Counted from the stretch's first letter, positions 1 to 9,090 are shown. The stretch: DNA of 64,000 bases from a virus (IMGVR_UViG_3300027806_000001:119469-183468); one strand, 5' to 3'. Translations and numbers: made by a program. Notes: a model not told the origin generated them from the sequence alone.

Positions 1-120
1 GCGGGCTCGTCGCATTTCACGACGATCCAGGTCCGTGAGCCCCGACGAGGGGCCGGATGTGGCGCAAGGAGGATACGCCCTGCACCCGCCCCTGCCCCTA
101 GGGGATCGTGCCGCGGCGCC

Positions 121-157
121 CCCCGGGCCAGGCGGAAACGTTCCGCCTGGCCCGGGG
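121..157. other. Perfect 17-bp GC-rich inverted repeat (stem-loop)
   Basis: ccccgggccaggcggaa-acg-ttccgcctggcccgggg, just downstream of the minus-strand stop at 173; no U-tract. Confidence 0.8.
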
Positions 158-172
158 TGTCACGAAAGGATG

Positions 173-409
173 CTACTGCACCTCGAGGATGCCGATCCGG
201 GACGCCCCGGACTCACCCTCGAGTACTGCGCTGTCCCACACGTCCAGGGCCTTGGAGGCCTGGGCCGGCACCTGGGTGCCGACGATGTGGGGGTTGGACA
301 GCCGCCCACGGGCGGCCGCCAGCAGGCCGGCGACGTCGCCGGCCTGCAGCTCCAGGGACTGGCCGGTGCGGTTGCCGGCCGGGTCGGTCAGATGGAGGAC
401 GCCCTTCAT
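173..409 (-). CDS. Hypothetical protein (78 aa)
   Basis: ATG overlaps the upstream TGA (ATGA); GGAGG RBS; MKGVLHLTDPAG... Confidence 0.65.
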   Translation of the reverse strand: MKGVLHLTDPAGNRTGQSLELQAGDVAGLLAAARGRLSNPHIVGTQVPAQASKALDVWDSAVLEGESGASRIGILEVQ

Positions 410-1041
410 GAGACCTCCTCCTCTTCCATGGCCAGGTCGTGCTGGCCTGCGGACGTCTTCGCGGGGGCCTTCGCCCCCCGAGGCTCCCCCGCGGAGGACT
501 TCTCCTCCTGAGGGATGTAGAGGCGCCCTTCGGAATCCCGGCGCATAGCCTGGACCACCTGAAACACGTTGTTCAGCCTCTGGCGCTGAGCATCTCGGTC
601 GGCCAGCTCGCCGAGCCGACGGTCCTGGGCGTCGGCCGCGGCCTGCCGCTGGGCCGGCGTGTTGAGCTGCTCCTTGCGGCCGGCCGGGGTCAGGCACGCG
701 GCGATGAGCCACACGCCTCCCAGCACCGCCGCGACCGTCATGGCGACGGCCGTGAGGCTCATGCTCGTGATCGAGCTGTTGAAGCTCGATGCGACGGCCT
801 GAGCCCCGGCGGACTCAGCGACGAGGACCGCTGTCTCGGCGGCCTCGGTGGCGCCCCAGGTGCTGGGCGACCACCAGGACTCCTCGATCTTCGGCATCTC
901 GACCTTGGGCATCGCCGGCTTCGTGTCGGCGAACATCGCGAGCGCGATCCACATCGGGATCGCGACGGCTGCGGCCATCGGGATGACCACCAGAAGCGCC
1001 CATCCGAGCCCTGACTTTCCGCTGTCCTTGAAGTTTGCCAT
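406..1041 (-). CDS. Membrane protein with two hydrophobic segments
   Basis: MANFKDSG start with AGGAAG RBS; segments LGWALLVVIPMAAAVAIPMWIALAMF and MSLTAVAMTVAAVLGGVWLIAAC. Confidence 0.7.
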   Translation of the reverse strand: MANFKDSGKSGLGWALLVVIPMAAAVAIPMWIALAMFADTKPAMPKVEMPKIEESWWSPSTWGATEAAETAVLVAESAGAQAVASSFNSSITSMSLTAVAMTVAAVLGGVWLIAACLTPAGRKEQLNTPAQRQAAADAQDRRLGELADRDAQRQRLNNVFQVVQAMRRDSEGRLYIPQEEKSSAGEPRGAKAPAKTSAGQHDLAMEEEEVS

Positions 1042-1122
1042 TTGTCTTTTTCTTCCTTTCTTGAAGGCACCCGGGTCCGGCAACGCGCCTTTCCCGGGTG
1101 CTATTGACGTGGCATGTAATAC

Positions 1123-1148
1123 TCACACGCAAACGCCCGTTGTTTAGC
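1123..1148 (-). promoter_or_regulatory. Bipartite motif copy A (GCTAAACA-N11-CGTGTGA)
   Basis: Variant of the motif at 2024, 2269 and 12061 with the same spacing; upstream of the 406..1041 gene. Confidence 0.5.
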
Positions 1149-1164
1149 CCGCCCCTTGAGGGCT

Positions 1165-1198
1165 AAAAGAAACCCCCGGCGCCACATGGCGCCGGGGG
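1165..1198 (-). terminator. Intrinsic terminator
   Basis: cccccggcgcca/tggcgccggggg stem followed by TTTCTTTT on the minus strand, just after the 1220 stop. Confidence 0.8.
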
Positions 1199-1219
1199 AT
1201 CTCGGTGGGGGAACTCAGC

Positions 1220-1855
1220 TCAGCTGTTCCACCACCACTTGATCCGGGCGATGATGCCCGGATTCGACATGCTCTCAATCTCGCGCTCGTCCTCCAGACG
1301 AGCGCGGATGACCTCCTCGGTCATCTGGATATCGCCGCTGATCGCGGCGAGCACCTGCGCCTCGGCGTATGCCGGGACGTGCAACTGATCCTGGCCGAGG
1401 GTGTTCTTGATGAACACCTCTCCTCGGACCTCGGCCGCCTGCAGGCGTCCAGCCTGCAGGTGATCCGGGGAGGACACAGCCTTCGCCGTGTCCTGGACGA
1501 TGACCGTGCCCGCCAGGGCACGGTCGGTGATCACTTCGCCCCGGTAGACCGGGACAAGGTGATTAAGGGTCTGCCCCGCGGTCGGGGCAGTCTCGAGGGA
1601 CTTGAGGAGGTCGATGACCTCATTCGCCTTCGACTCAGCCGCGGCCTTCTTGGCCGCCGCCACCGCCGCGGCCTTCTTGGCCTTGGCGGTCTCCGCGGCC
1701 GTAGCCGCGGGAGTGGCGGCCGGAGCCGCCGGGGTGGTGGCGGCCGGAGCCGCCGCGGGAGTGGCGGCCGGAGCCGCCGGGGTCGTCGCCGTCGCGGCGC
1801 TCCCCATGGCCAGGAAGGCGAGCGCGGCGACGACGGTACGGATGAGAGTCTTCAT
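1220..1855 (-). CDS. Secreted/periplasmic protein with signal peptide and Ala-Pro-Thr repeats
   Basis: MKTLIRTVVAALAFLAMGSAATA signal peptide; AATPAAAP repeats; AAGGA RBS. Confidence 0.7.
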   Translation of the reverse strand: MKTLIRTVVAALAFLAMGSAATATTPAAPAATPAAAPAATTPAAPAATPAATAAETAKAKKAAAVAAAKKAAAESKANEVIDLLKSLETAPTAGQTLNHLVPVYRGEVITDRALAGTVIVQDTAKAVSSPDHLQAGRLQAAEVRGEVFIKNTLGQDQLHVPAYAEAQVLAAISGDIQMTEEVIRARLEDEREIESMSNPGIIARIKWWWNS

Positions 1856-2023
1856 TGTGTTCCTTTCGTGAACAGGGTGCCCCCGAGGTCTAGGCAGCCG
1901 GCACCCCGGCTGCCAGGAATAGACCTGCAGGCAACGTGCCAACAGGTATTCCCGACCTATGTATGGATACCACGGAAAGGCACCCTGTTTAGGGTGGAAC
2001 CGGTGCGGACCCACATAGAATAA

Positions 2024-2049
2024 TAACACAAAAAGGGCCCTTATTTAGC
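2024..2049 (-). promoter_or_regulatory. Bipartite motif copy B (GCTAAATA-N11-TGTGTTA)
   Basis: Plus strand reads TAACACA-aaaagggccct-TATTTAGC. Confidence 0.6.
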
Positions 2050-2074
2050 CCCCTCCGGGACCCCCTCCAAGGGC

Positions 2075-2117
2075 TAAAAAAGAGGGTTGGCGCCTGCAGC
2101 GCCTGCCTATCCCTCTT
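2075..2117 (-). terminator. Intrinsic terminator
   Basis: aagaggg/ccctctt outer stem and ggcgc/gcgcc inner stem, followed by a T7 run on the minus strand. Confidence 0.65.
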
Positions 2118-2262
2118 AGCCATCATCCGGCCAGGCTCACCCATTTGGTTACCCGGTGGTATTCCGGGCCCGGCTCATGGTGCCGGGGCTGTCATTGTAA
2201 GTCCCTGTTTGTTGGATCCCAGTTGGGCCTCTGGGCAGGAGCAACTGGTAATTGCTCCTATG
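2075..2262 (-). ncRNA. Candidate structured small RNA
   Basis: No credible ORF; bounded by motif copy C and a terminator; several hairpins. Confidence 0.3.
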
Positions 2263-2268
2263 TATGGA

Positions 2269-2294
2269 TAACGCAAAACAGGCCCCTATTTAGC
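2269..2294 (-). promoter_or_regulatory. Bipartite motif copy C (GCTAAATA-N11-TGCGTTA)
   Basis: Plus strand reads TAACGCA-aaacaggcccc-TATTTAGC; overlaps the stop of 2286..2969. Confidence 0.6.
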
Positions 2295-2969
2295 CTCCTC
2301 CGGGCTGGTCCGGTTCCTGTGCAGGGGCAGGGGCCAGGGGCACGGAGGCACGTCCTTGCGGACCAGGAACTCCCGGCGGATGGTCCTCCAGTTCAGGCTC
2401 CCGGAGTGCTGGTCGCCTTTCGGGGTCCGGGCCCTGGAGTACCTGCGGTCCTTGGGCCTGGGGCAGCAGGCGTGGTAGGCGCCCAGGTCGAAGTCCTGCG
2501 GCAGCTCCACGGCCACGAGCAGCCCTGCCATGGGGATGGACCTGGACGACAAGAAGATTCCGGTCGGCATCGGCAGCGGAGCCTGGCGGTCCGAGGCCTT
2601 GAAGCACAGATCGTAGGCGGGCAGGTTAGGCGTCCAGTGCATGGGCAGGCACCGCTTCATGACCGCGTGGACGGCGGCCTTCTTCCGGGCGATGATCTCC
2701 TCCTCGCGCTTGAGCCCGCGGCGCCGCCTTCGCCCGGAAGACGTCACCCAGGGCTGCCATTTCTGCAAGGCCCCCGTCCACTGCCCCAGGTCCGCCCACA
2801 CGGTGTCCCCGTCGTAGTGCAGCAGCGGGTAACCGTGCAGCATCAGCACGGAGCCCCTGTCGCCCACCTCCACGTACATGTTCAGGTTGCGGCTGTCGGC
2901 GTAGTCGACCGGGCGCATCCAGCAGAAGCCGCGGCCCAGGTTCGTGATCTTCTCGTCTAGATCGGTCAC
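2286..2969 (-). CDS. Hypothetical protein (227 aa)
   Basis: AGGAGG RBS upstream; protein-like composition. Confidence 0.7.
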   Translation of the reverse strand: MTDLDEKITNLGRGFCWMRPVDYADSRNLNMYVEVGDRGSVLMLHGYPLLHYDGDTVWADLGQWTGALQKWQPWVTSSGRRRRRGLKREEEIIARKKAAVHAVMKRCLPMHWTPNLPAYDLCFKASDRQAPLPMPTGIFLSSRSIPMAGLLVAVELPQDFDLGAYHACCPRPKDRRYSRARTPKGDQHSGSLNWRTIRREFLVRKDVPPCPWPLPLHRNRTSPEEAK

Positions 2970-3001
2970 TCCGATCCTCCTTGAGGTTGGTTCATGCTAC
3001 A

Positions 3002-3033
3002 GCAAGGCCCGGGGTTTTACCCCCGGGCCTTGC
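3002..3033. other. 13-bp stem-loop downstream of the portal gene
   Basis: gcaaggcccgggg-ttttac-ccccgggccttgc. Confidence 0.7.
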
Positions 3034-3060
3034 CGAGAAAGGGAAGAGTCCTTGTCGCGG

Positions 3061-4953
3061 TCACTGCGGAGGCGGCACCGGCTGCCTCAGCTGGTCGCGG
3101 CCCTGGCCTTCGGCCTGGGCTGTGGCCTGGTCGAGCATGCTCTTGACGACGGCGTGCATGTTCGGATCCTGGCTCTTGATCTGGTCGAGTATCTGCCTGC
3201 GCTGCGGGCTGCCCAGCGGCGCCGTGGCCATGATCTCCTGGACCCGGGCGTTGGCGTCCGCGAAGAAGCTGTCGATGTCCCTGGACGGTCCCGCCGCGGT
3301 GGGGCCCGCGACGCCGTTCTGAGGCATGGACTGGGGCGCCGCGGCCGGAGGAGCCCCAGGGCCGCCCATCATGAGGTTCGGCCCGCCGGGCACGCCCTCG
3401 CCCGCCATGGCCTGGCCGGGGGCGGCTATGAAGGCTCCCGGAGGAGCGCCGAGCACCTGCTCGTTCTCCTGGGCCTTCTGCATGCGGTCCATGTAGGCCT
3501 TCTCCGCCTTCATCTTGAACTCCTGCTCGGCCTGGCGCTTCTTGTAGGTGTCCTTCCAGTCCAGGTTGAACAGGTTGAGGACGTCCTGCTCCGCGGCCAC
3601 GCCCTGCATCATCATCTGGAGCATGATCATGCGGCGCTCCATGTCGTCGGCGTGCGTCGGGCGGACCAGCCGGGCCTCGCAAGGCAGCCAGCTGAGGATG
3701 GCCGAGACGCGGTCGACGATCCAGGAGAGGACGTCCTGGATGCCGTGCAGGAAGATGGACTCGCCGGCCTCGAACAGGCGGGCGGCGAAGGGCGCCGTCT
3801 GGGCGCTGAGGTTCTTGCGGTAGAGCTCCACCGGAATGCCGAGGCCGTTCAGGAAGTCCGCCTGGGCGTTCTGGAGCAGCTCGGGGGTGACGAAGTTCTT
3901 GCCCTCGCCGCCGAGCAGCTGGTAGTTGACCGGGGTGGGCAGCCACTGCCAGCCGGTGGGGTCCTTGCGGGCGCGCTCGATCGAGCGGGTCACCTGCTGG
4001 CCGAAGCTGCCGATGTTGACGCCCTTCATGACGTCGCCGCCCGCACCGACGGACTGGGGGCTGATGAGCCTGATGGGCAGCATGTGGTCGAGGGCGATGC
4101 ACTCGTTGTTGCGCTTCAGGATCTGCGCCAGGTAGGCGTCGCGGAAGCCTGCGATGACCGGGGGCAGGCCCCAGGGGCCCAGCTTGATGTCGCTGAGGTT
4201 GCCCAGGCTGGTGTGGTGGACCATGCCGGGGCTGAACTTGAACATCCTGCCCTGGCGGACCGACTGCACGATGCCCCACGGCACCGACTCCAGGTAGGCG
4301 CGGTCGGACTTGGAGATGGAGCCGATCTCGGCCGTGGGTACCTCGTAGTAGTACTCGGGCTGGCCGCCGTAGTCGTGGGCCACGATGCGCATCTGCTTGA
4401 CGTGCCACCGCTTGAGGTGGACGCGGTTCTCCTCCCTGGTGGGCATGTCGCTGGGATCCAGGACCTTGACCTCCTGGCCGCACTGGCAGCGGAACCTGAA
4501 GCCGTGCTTGAGCTCGAACCTGTAGTCGACCTGCTCGATAGGGGCCGCAAAGCCGCACTCGGGGCACTGCAGCATGCGCTTGAACGGCGCCAGGACGGAG
4601 ATGAAGCTGTTGCCGTAGACCTTGACGTCCCTGCCGATGGAGAACAGGGCCGACTTGAGGGACATCTTCTCGAGCAGGAATTTCTTGTATTCCTGCTGCT
4701 TGTCCTCGTCGAGGGAGTCGTTGGCACCGCCGATCTCGATGTCGGTGCCGACGAAGTAGGACACGACGTACTCGATGGCCTGGGCGAAGGTCCGGTTGCT
4801 GTAGTACATCAGCTCGGCGATCTCGAACGCCTCGTTGAGGTTGGTCGGCAGGTAGAGGGACGCGTAGTCCAGGAACGGGCTCGGAGCATGCTCGGAGTGC
4901 TCCAGCATGCGCTTGCCGCCGCCTCCGGAAGGGTTCATGGATCCCATCGTCAT
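3061..4953 (-). CDS. Probable portal protein
   Basis: About 630 aa; SPFLDYASLYLP N-terminus, VYGNSFISV, MVHH...WGLPPV segment resembling large-phage portals; disordered P/G-rich tail; recognised from memory only. Confidence 0.6.
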   Translation of the reverse strand: MTMGSMNPSGGGGKRMLEHSEHAPSPFLDYASLYLPTNLNEAFEIAELMYYSNRTFAQAIEYVVSYFVGTDIEIGGANDSLDEDKQQEYKKFLLEKMSLKSALFSIGRDVKVYGNSFISVLAPFKRMLQCPECGFAAPIEQVDYRFELKHGFRFRCQCGQEVKVLDPSDMPTREENRVHLKRWHVKQMRIVAHDYGGQPEYYYEVPTAEIGSISKSDRAYLESVPWGIVQSVRQGRMFKFSPGMVHHTSLGNLSDIKLGPWGLPPVIAGFRDAYLAQILKRNNECIALDHMLPIRLISPQSVGAGGDVMKGVNIGSFGQQVTRSIERARKDPTGWQWLPTPVNYQLLGGEGKNFVTPELLQNAQADFLNGLGIPVELYRKNLSAQTAPFAARLFEAGESIFLHGIQDVLSWIVDRVSAILSWLPCEARLVRPTHADDMERRMIMLQMMMQGVAAEQDVLNLFNLDWKDTYKKRQAEQEFKMKAEKAYMDRMQKAQENEQVLGAPPGAFIAAPGQAMAGEGVPGGPNLMMGGPGAPPAAAPQSMPQNGVAGPTAAGPSRDIDSFFADANARVQEIMATAPLGSPQRRQILDQIKSQDPNMHAVVKSMLDQATAQAEGQGRDQLRQPVPPPQ

Positions 4954-4957
4954 CGAA

Positions 4958-5284
4958 TCAGCCCTCGCGGCGCACCCTGGCAAGCAGGTTGGCGCCGAAT
5001 CCGTTGTTGCCCAGGACCGCCCAGTCGTAGGCGGTCAGGCCGTCGTGATCCTCTGCCGCGGGATCGAGGTCCCTGGAGGCGATCACATGGAAGGAGATCA
5101 GGTAGGTCAGGATGGCGGGGTCGCCGTGGTAGGCCGCGTGCATGAGCAGGGTGCGACCCTGCTTGTCCCTCAGCGAGAGCAGGCGGGGGAACCTGTTCAG
5201 CAGCATGTTGGCGCCGACCAGATCTCCGTCCACGAGCGTGCGGACCATCGCCGGGATGGCCTCCTGGATGTTCTTGATGGTCAT
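4958..5284 (-). CDS. Ankyrin-repeat protein
   Basis: DKQGRTLLMHAAYHGDPAILTYLI and DHDGLTAYDWAVLGNN match the ankyrin consensus. Confidence 0.85.
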   Translation of the reverse strand: MTIKNIQEAIPAMVRTLVDGDLVGANMLLNRFPRLLSLRDKQGRTLLMHAAYHGDPAILTYLISFHVIASRDLDPAAEDHDGLTAYDWAVLGNNGFGANLLARVRREG

Positions 5285-5457
5285 CGCGCCTCCTGGTCCA
5301 GGGCCGCCCTGCGGCAGCCGCACCGGCCGCAGCAGCCGGCCTTGGGAGGCGGGACCTCCGCAGCGGCCTTGACGGCCTGGTCGGAGTCGGTGACGACTGG
5401 CGTCTCCTCGGTCTCCCCCTGCACGACTCCCTGCTTGATGAAAGGCTCGTTGTTCAT
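5281..5457 (-). CDS. Small hypothetical protein with GCCGRCGC motif
   Basis: Stop overlaps the ankyrin ATG; AT-rich region upstream. Confidence 0.5.
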   Translation of the reverse strand: MNNEPFIKQGVVQGETEETPVVTDSDQAVKAAAEVPPPKAGCCGRCGCRRAALDQEAR

Positions 5458-5517
5458 GTTTATAATCAACTTTCGTGGAATTTTTGGCGAAGAGGCCGTT
5501 TTTCAGGTCAGAATTTT

Positions 5518-6174
5518 TTACGGGCTAAGTTCTTTTATCACCCGAAGAACAAGCAGGTATCTTGCCTCGGACCTGTCGAACAGCTCCACGTTGAGCATCT
5601 CGCATCGTAGCCGTCGTCCGTGCACCAGGCAATCGAATTCCGGCACCGACATTCTACCATCTTCCTCCAGCACCGATACGGGGGGCAGCCAGCCCGGACG
5701 GCCCGTGGAGAGGTCCAGCTCCAGCTCCAGCATCAGCCAGCCCTGGCCGCCGCGGGACGTGCCCTCGGACTGGAAGACCGCCCTGACGCACGGGATGGAC
5801 AGCTTGGCTCCGTGCCAGTCGATCTGCACCGTCACGGATGCAGTCCTCGGCTCCACCCGTGCAGGCCGGGCGACCGGAGCCGCCTGGACCTCGGCATCCT
5901 CCTCCGCTTCCTCCTGCCCGGACTCCGGATGGGCTTCCTGCGGCACGGCCGCCGGAGGGGGCAGGACGCCCCCTCCGACGAGCACAGGCCTGAACCCCAG
6001 CGGAGCGCGGAAGTTCCTGAACTGGGAGTCCGGGGGAACCGCGGTGCCGCGCACCTGCGACCATCCGTCGGAGTTGTCGGTGACCTTCACCGGCTGCTTG
6101 CCGGAGGAGGCCCGCATCGCGGGCTTCATTCCAAGTGGTGCTTCCGGCTTAGGTCTCTTCATGGCAGGTATCAC
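5518..6174 (-). CDS. Hypothetical protein (218 aa)
   Basis: ATGA coupling with the upstream gene; beta-rich C-terminal domain. Confidence 0.7.
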   Translation of the reverse strand: MIPAMKRPKPEAPLGMKPAMRASSGKQPVKVTDNSDGWSQVRGTAVPPDSQFRNFRAPLGFRPVLVGGGVLPPPAAVPQEAHPESGQEEAEEDAEVQAAPVARPARVEPRTASVTVQIDWHGAKLSIPCVRAVFQSEGTSRGGQGWLMLELELDLSTGRPGWLPPVSVLEEDGRMSVPEFDCLVHGRRLRCEMLNVELFDRSEARYLLVLRVIKELSP

Positions 6175-7694
6175 TCGTCGTCCGCGGCGGCGCTCGGCGA
6201 AAGGTCCGCCTGGCTGAGGGGAGCGAGGATCCCCTCCTGCGCGATGGCCGTGGACAGCGCCTTCCTGGCCACACTATACCACGACTCCCTGGGCAGGAGC
6301 GCCGTGACCAGCGGACCCATTCCGACAGTGACGTGCCCGGCCTCCAGCGCCGGATCGTGCTCCTCCAGGGACTTGCCCATCAGGTTCCTGAAGTCCTGTG
6401 CGGAGATCAGGCCGCAGGAGTACATGACGACGCAGGCCACCTTCGGATCGCTGCTGTTGATCTGCTGGGGAGTCAGGCGGCAGTAGAACCTCTCGGTGTT
6501 GGAGATCAGGTTGCTCTCGGCCGGCACGAACCCCTTGAAGTTCCTGCCGTCGAGCTTGGGCCTGACGCCCAGGACCAGGCACATGACCGCCGGAGACTCC
6601 TCGGGCCCCGTGGGCGACATGGAGTACCGGCTGGTGCCCACCCACCGCAGGTCGTTGTTGGACCTGTGCCACTCGCCGTAGCGCGGGTTGGAGGAGTCGA
6701 TGGTCGCCGCGATGTCCTGGAAGTACGCCTCCATGAGCTTGCGCATCTTGTCCATGGTCAGCTGGTCCTGCACCATGGGCAGCCGGCGGCAGACGTCGGC
6801 CGCCTTGTTTTCGGAACCGCCGTTGCCTCCGAACTTGTCGGAGGGATCCATCAGGGCCATCATGGAGTGGTGTGCCGTGGCGATCGGGCTGCTCTCGCAC
6901 AGGAACCAGTGGTGGTCCATGGTCCAGGGCCACATGGAGCTCTGCGGAGGCTTGCGCCACTTGTGCACCTGGCTCTTGTCGACCTCCGAGGCCGTGCGGA
7001 TGATGCGGTGCGGCAGGCGGGGCGCCACCCTGGAGCCGATCAGGCCCTGGGACAGCTGGTTCGACTGGGGGTCGACGACGTACCACGCCCCGTCCGTGTA
7101 TTCGCCGCCTCCGTAGGGACTCGTCTTCTTGCTGCCGTAGCCCTCGCGCGGGATCGAGTTGTTCCTGCAGGCATCCAGCACCAGGCGGGCGCGGCCGGAC
7201 CACGGCATGTTCTTGACGTGGTTCTCCATCCTGCTGTCCACGAGCAGGAAGGCCGTCACCACGGCCTCGGAGTCCAGCGCCAGCAGCCCCATGGCGAGCG
7301 CCTTGACGACGTCGTCAGGACGGCAGCGGAACGCCCGGGCTCCTCTGCCCGGCGAATTGAAGGCCGTCGAGCCCGGGTCGAGCTGCCTGAGCAGGTTCTC
7401 GCACTGGGACGAGATCTTCAGGCCGGCCTTGGCGACGGCCGCGGCGTCGGGCAGCGAATGGAAGCCGGAGTGGAACGACGGGGCGCAGGACACGCTCGCA
7501 TGGAGCAGGCCGACGGTCTTGCCGTCGACCGACAGCGGGACGTAGAGCACCTTGTCGAAGATGAACGGAGCGGCGGGGTCCGGCCCGTCGAAGTAGGCCG
7601 GGTTCTGGAGCGAAATCCTTCCGGCGACGATGAACGACCGGCGGAAGGAGTCGAAGGTGATGAACGAGTTGTCGAGGTTGACCCTGGTATTCAT
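6171..7694 (-). CDS. Hypothetical protein (507 aa)
   Basis: AGGAG RBS; long ORF with coding-like composition. Confidence 0.75.
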   Translation of the reverse strand: MNTRVNLDNSFITFDSFRRSFIVAGRISLQNPAYFDGPDPAAPFIFDKVLYVPLSVDGKTVGLLHASVSCAPSFHSGFHSLPDAAAVAKAGLKISSQCENLLRQLDPGSTAFNSPGRGARAFRCRPDDVVKALAMGLLALDSEAVVTAFLLVDSRMENHVKNMPWSGRARLVLDACRNNSIPREGYGSKKTSPYGGGEYTDGAWYVVDPQSNQLSQGLIGSRVAPRLPHRIIRTASEVDKSQVHKWRKPPQSSMWPWTMDHHWFLCESSPIATAHHSMMALMDPSDKFGGNGGSENKAADVCRRLPMVQDQLTMDKMRKLMEAYFQDIAATIDSSNPRYGEWHRSNNDLRWVGTSRYSMSPTGPEESPAVMCLVLGVRPKLDGRNFKGFVPAESNLISNTERFYCRLTPQQINSSDPKVACVVMYSCGLISAQDFRNLMGKSLEEHDPALEAGHVTVGMGPLVTALLPRESWYSVARKALSTAIAQEGILAPLSQADLSPSAAADDE

Positions 7695-7713
7695 TGGTTG
7701 TGTCTCCTGTGGG

Positions 7714-7741
7714 CCCCGGGCCGGGCGGACCCGGCCCGGGG
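7714..7741. other. 12-bp stem-loop with UCCG loop on the minus strand
   Basis: ccccgggccggg-cgga-cccggcccgggg. Confidence 0.75.
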
Positions 7742-7755
7742 CTGCATGGCTGTGC

Positions 7756-9090
7756 TCAGCCCTTGACGTGGATGGTGGTGCCGTATGGCGCGATGACCTG
7801 GCTGTTGATGACCCAGATGACGTCGAAGTCCGGCGGCTCGCCGAACTCGCCGTACCCGTCGGTGAAGTAGACCAGCACGTCCGGCCGGTCGTGCCCCATG
7901 TCCGAGATGTGGCGCATGACCGGCACGAAGCTGGTGCCTCCGCCTCCGGTCACCCTGGGGATGTCCTCGTAGGGACCGATCCAGCGGTTTCCGTAGACCT
8001 CGGCGTCGCACTCGAGCAGGTACGTGGGCAGGCCGTAGAGCTTGCGCACGCCGTCGAACTCGGACAGGCCCTTGAGGATGTCCTCCTCGGACATGGATCC
8101 CGAGGTGTCGATCGAGAAGCCCACCGACGGAACCTTGCCGGCCCTGCGGCTGGGCAGGAGGATGTCCTGCCACAGGTGCCTGCGGGACGGAGGCACGAAC
8201 GTGGACCTGCCCTTGACCTTGGTGCAGTACTTGCTGCGCATGCAGTAGGCCAGGGCTTCCTCCCACCTGACCTGAGGCTTGAGCAGCCTGCCGACCGCCC
8301 GCTCCATGTGCGCCGGCAGCTTGCCCTGCAGCTTGGCCCGGGTGGCCGCCTGCGCGGCCGCCTCGGTCCACCCGCCGTTCTCCTTGTTGGGGACCTCCTC
8401 GGTCCTCTCCTTGAGGGCCTGGCCTCCGTCGGGCTGGGGATCGCCGGGCTCGAGGATGTCCTGGCCGATGCCGTCGCGCTCCTGGTCGTCCTGCTCCTGG
8501 TCGCCATTTTCGCCTGAACCAGCCTGGGCGCCGACCTTGCCCTTCTTCCCGTCCTTGCCTTTCCCCTTTCCGTCGCACTGGCGCACAAGCATCTCGTAGA
8601 CGATCTCGGCGGTCGCCAGGTCCAGGTCGACCTCCAGGGCCGCGCAGGTCTCCTGGTCCCAGTAGCAGCCCCGGCTGACCAGCCTGCGCAGGTTGTCGAC
8701 GCCTCCGAAGTGGTTGACCAGCAGGTGGTTGATCATGATGTCGGCGGCGGTGTTCCAGATCTTCCGGTCGCGGGCATGCCTGCGCACGTTGTGGCCGAGC
8801 AGCGGGTGCATGATCTCGTGGGCCAGCAGGAACGCCTTGCTGCGCATGTCCAGGGAGTTCCAGAATCCGAAGTTGAGGTAGATCTTGCCCTCGTAGGAGA
8901 CGCCCGCGGTCGGGACGTACGGATTGTCCGCCGGCAGCATCACCAGCTCGAACTTCTCGATCAGGAAGCCCCAGAACGGGAACTCCCTGAACATCCAGAA
9001 TATGAGCTTCGACAGCCCCCTCCGGGCCGCCTCCAGCTCCTGCTCGGAGATGGAGGCGGCCTTGCCGGAGACGGGGGCCTTGGTTTGCAT
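7756..9090 (-). CDS. DUF2201-type metallopeptidase plus vWA domain protein
   Basis: FLLAHEIMH (HExxH), WNTAADIMIN, MIDAS SIDTSGSM, GGGGTSFVPV, VYFTDGYG. Confidence 0.9.
   Translation of the reverse strand: MQTKAPVSGKAASISEQELEAARRGLSKLIFWMFREFPFWGFLIEKFELVMLPADNPYVPTAGVSYEGKIYLNFGFWNSLDMRSKAFLLAHEIMHPLLGHNVRRHARDRKIWNTAADIMINHLLVNHFGGVDNLRRLVSRGCYWDQETCAALEVDLDLATAEIVYEMLVRQCDGKGKGKDGKKGKVGAQAGSGENGDQEQDDQERDGIGQDILEPGDPQPDGGQALKERTEEVPNKENGGWTEAAAQAATRAKLQGKLPAHMERAVGRLLKPQVRWEEALAYCMRSKYCTKVKGRSTFVPPSRRHLWQDILLPSRRAGKVPSVGFSIDTSGSMSEEDILKGLSEFDGVRKLYGLPTYLLECDAEVYGNRWIGPYEDIPRVTGGGGTSFVPVMRHISDMGHDRPDVLVYFTDGYGEFGEPPDFDVIWVINSQVIAPYGTTIHVKG

Noticed and set aside
1081-1150. Leader hairpin gcacccggg/cccgggtgc and ACGCAAA as a c-di-GMP riboswitch
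   Set aside because: Required P1/P2 architecture and conserved nucleotides are not in the right order or strand; better explained by the promoter-like motif
406-1855. Two neighbouring cassette genes both exactly 636 nt long
   Set aside because: No sequence similarity between the proteins; treated as coincidence
5460-5530. AT-rich gap as a sigma70 promoter
   Set aside because: A TATAAA-like box is present but there is no correctly spaced -35 and no copy of the bipartite motif; cannot be supported
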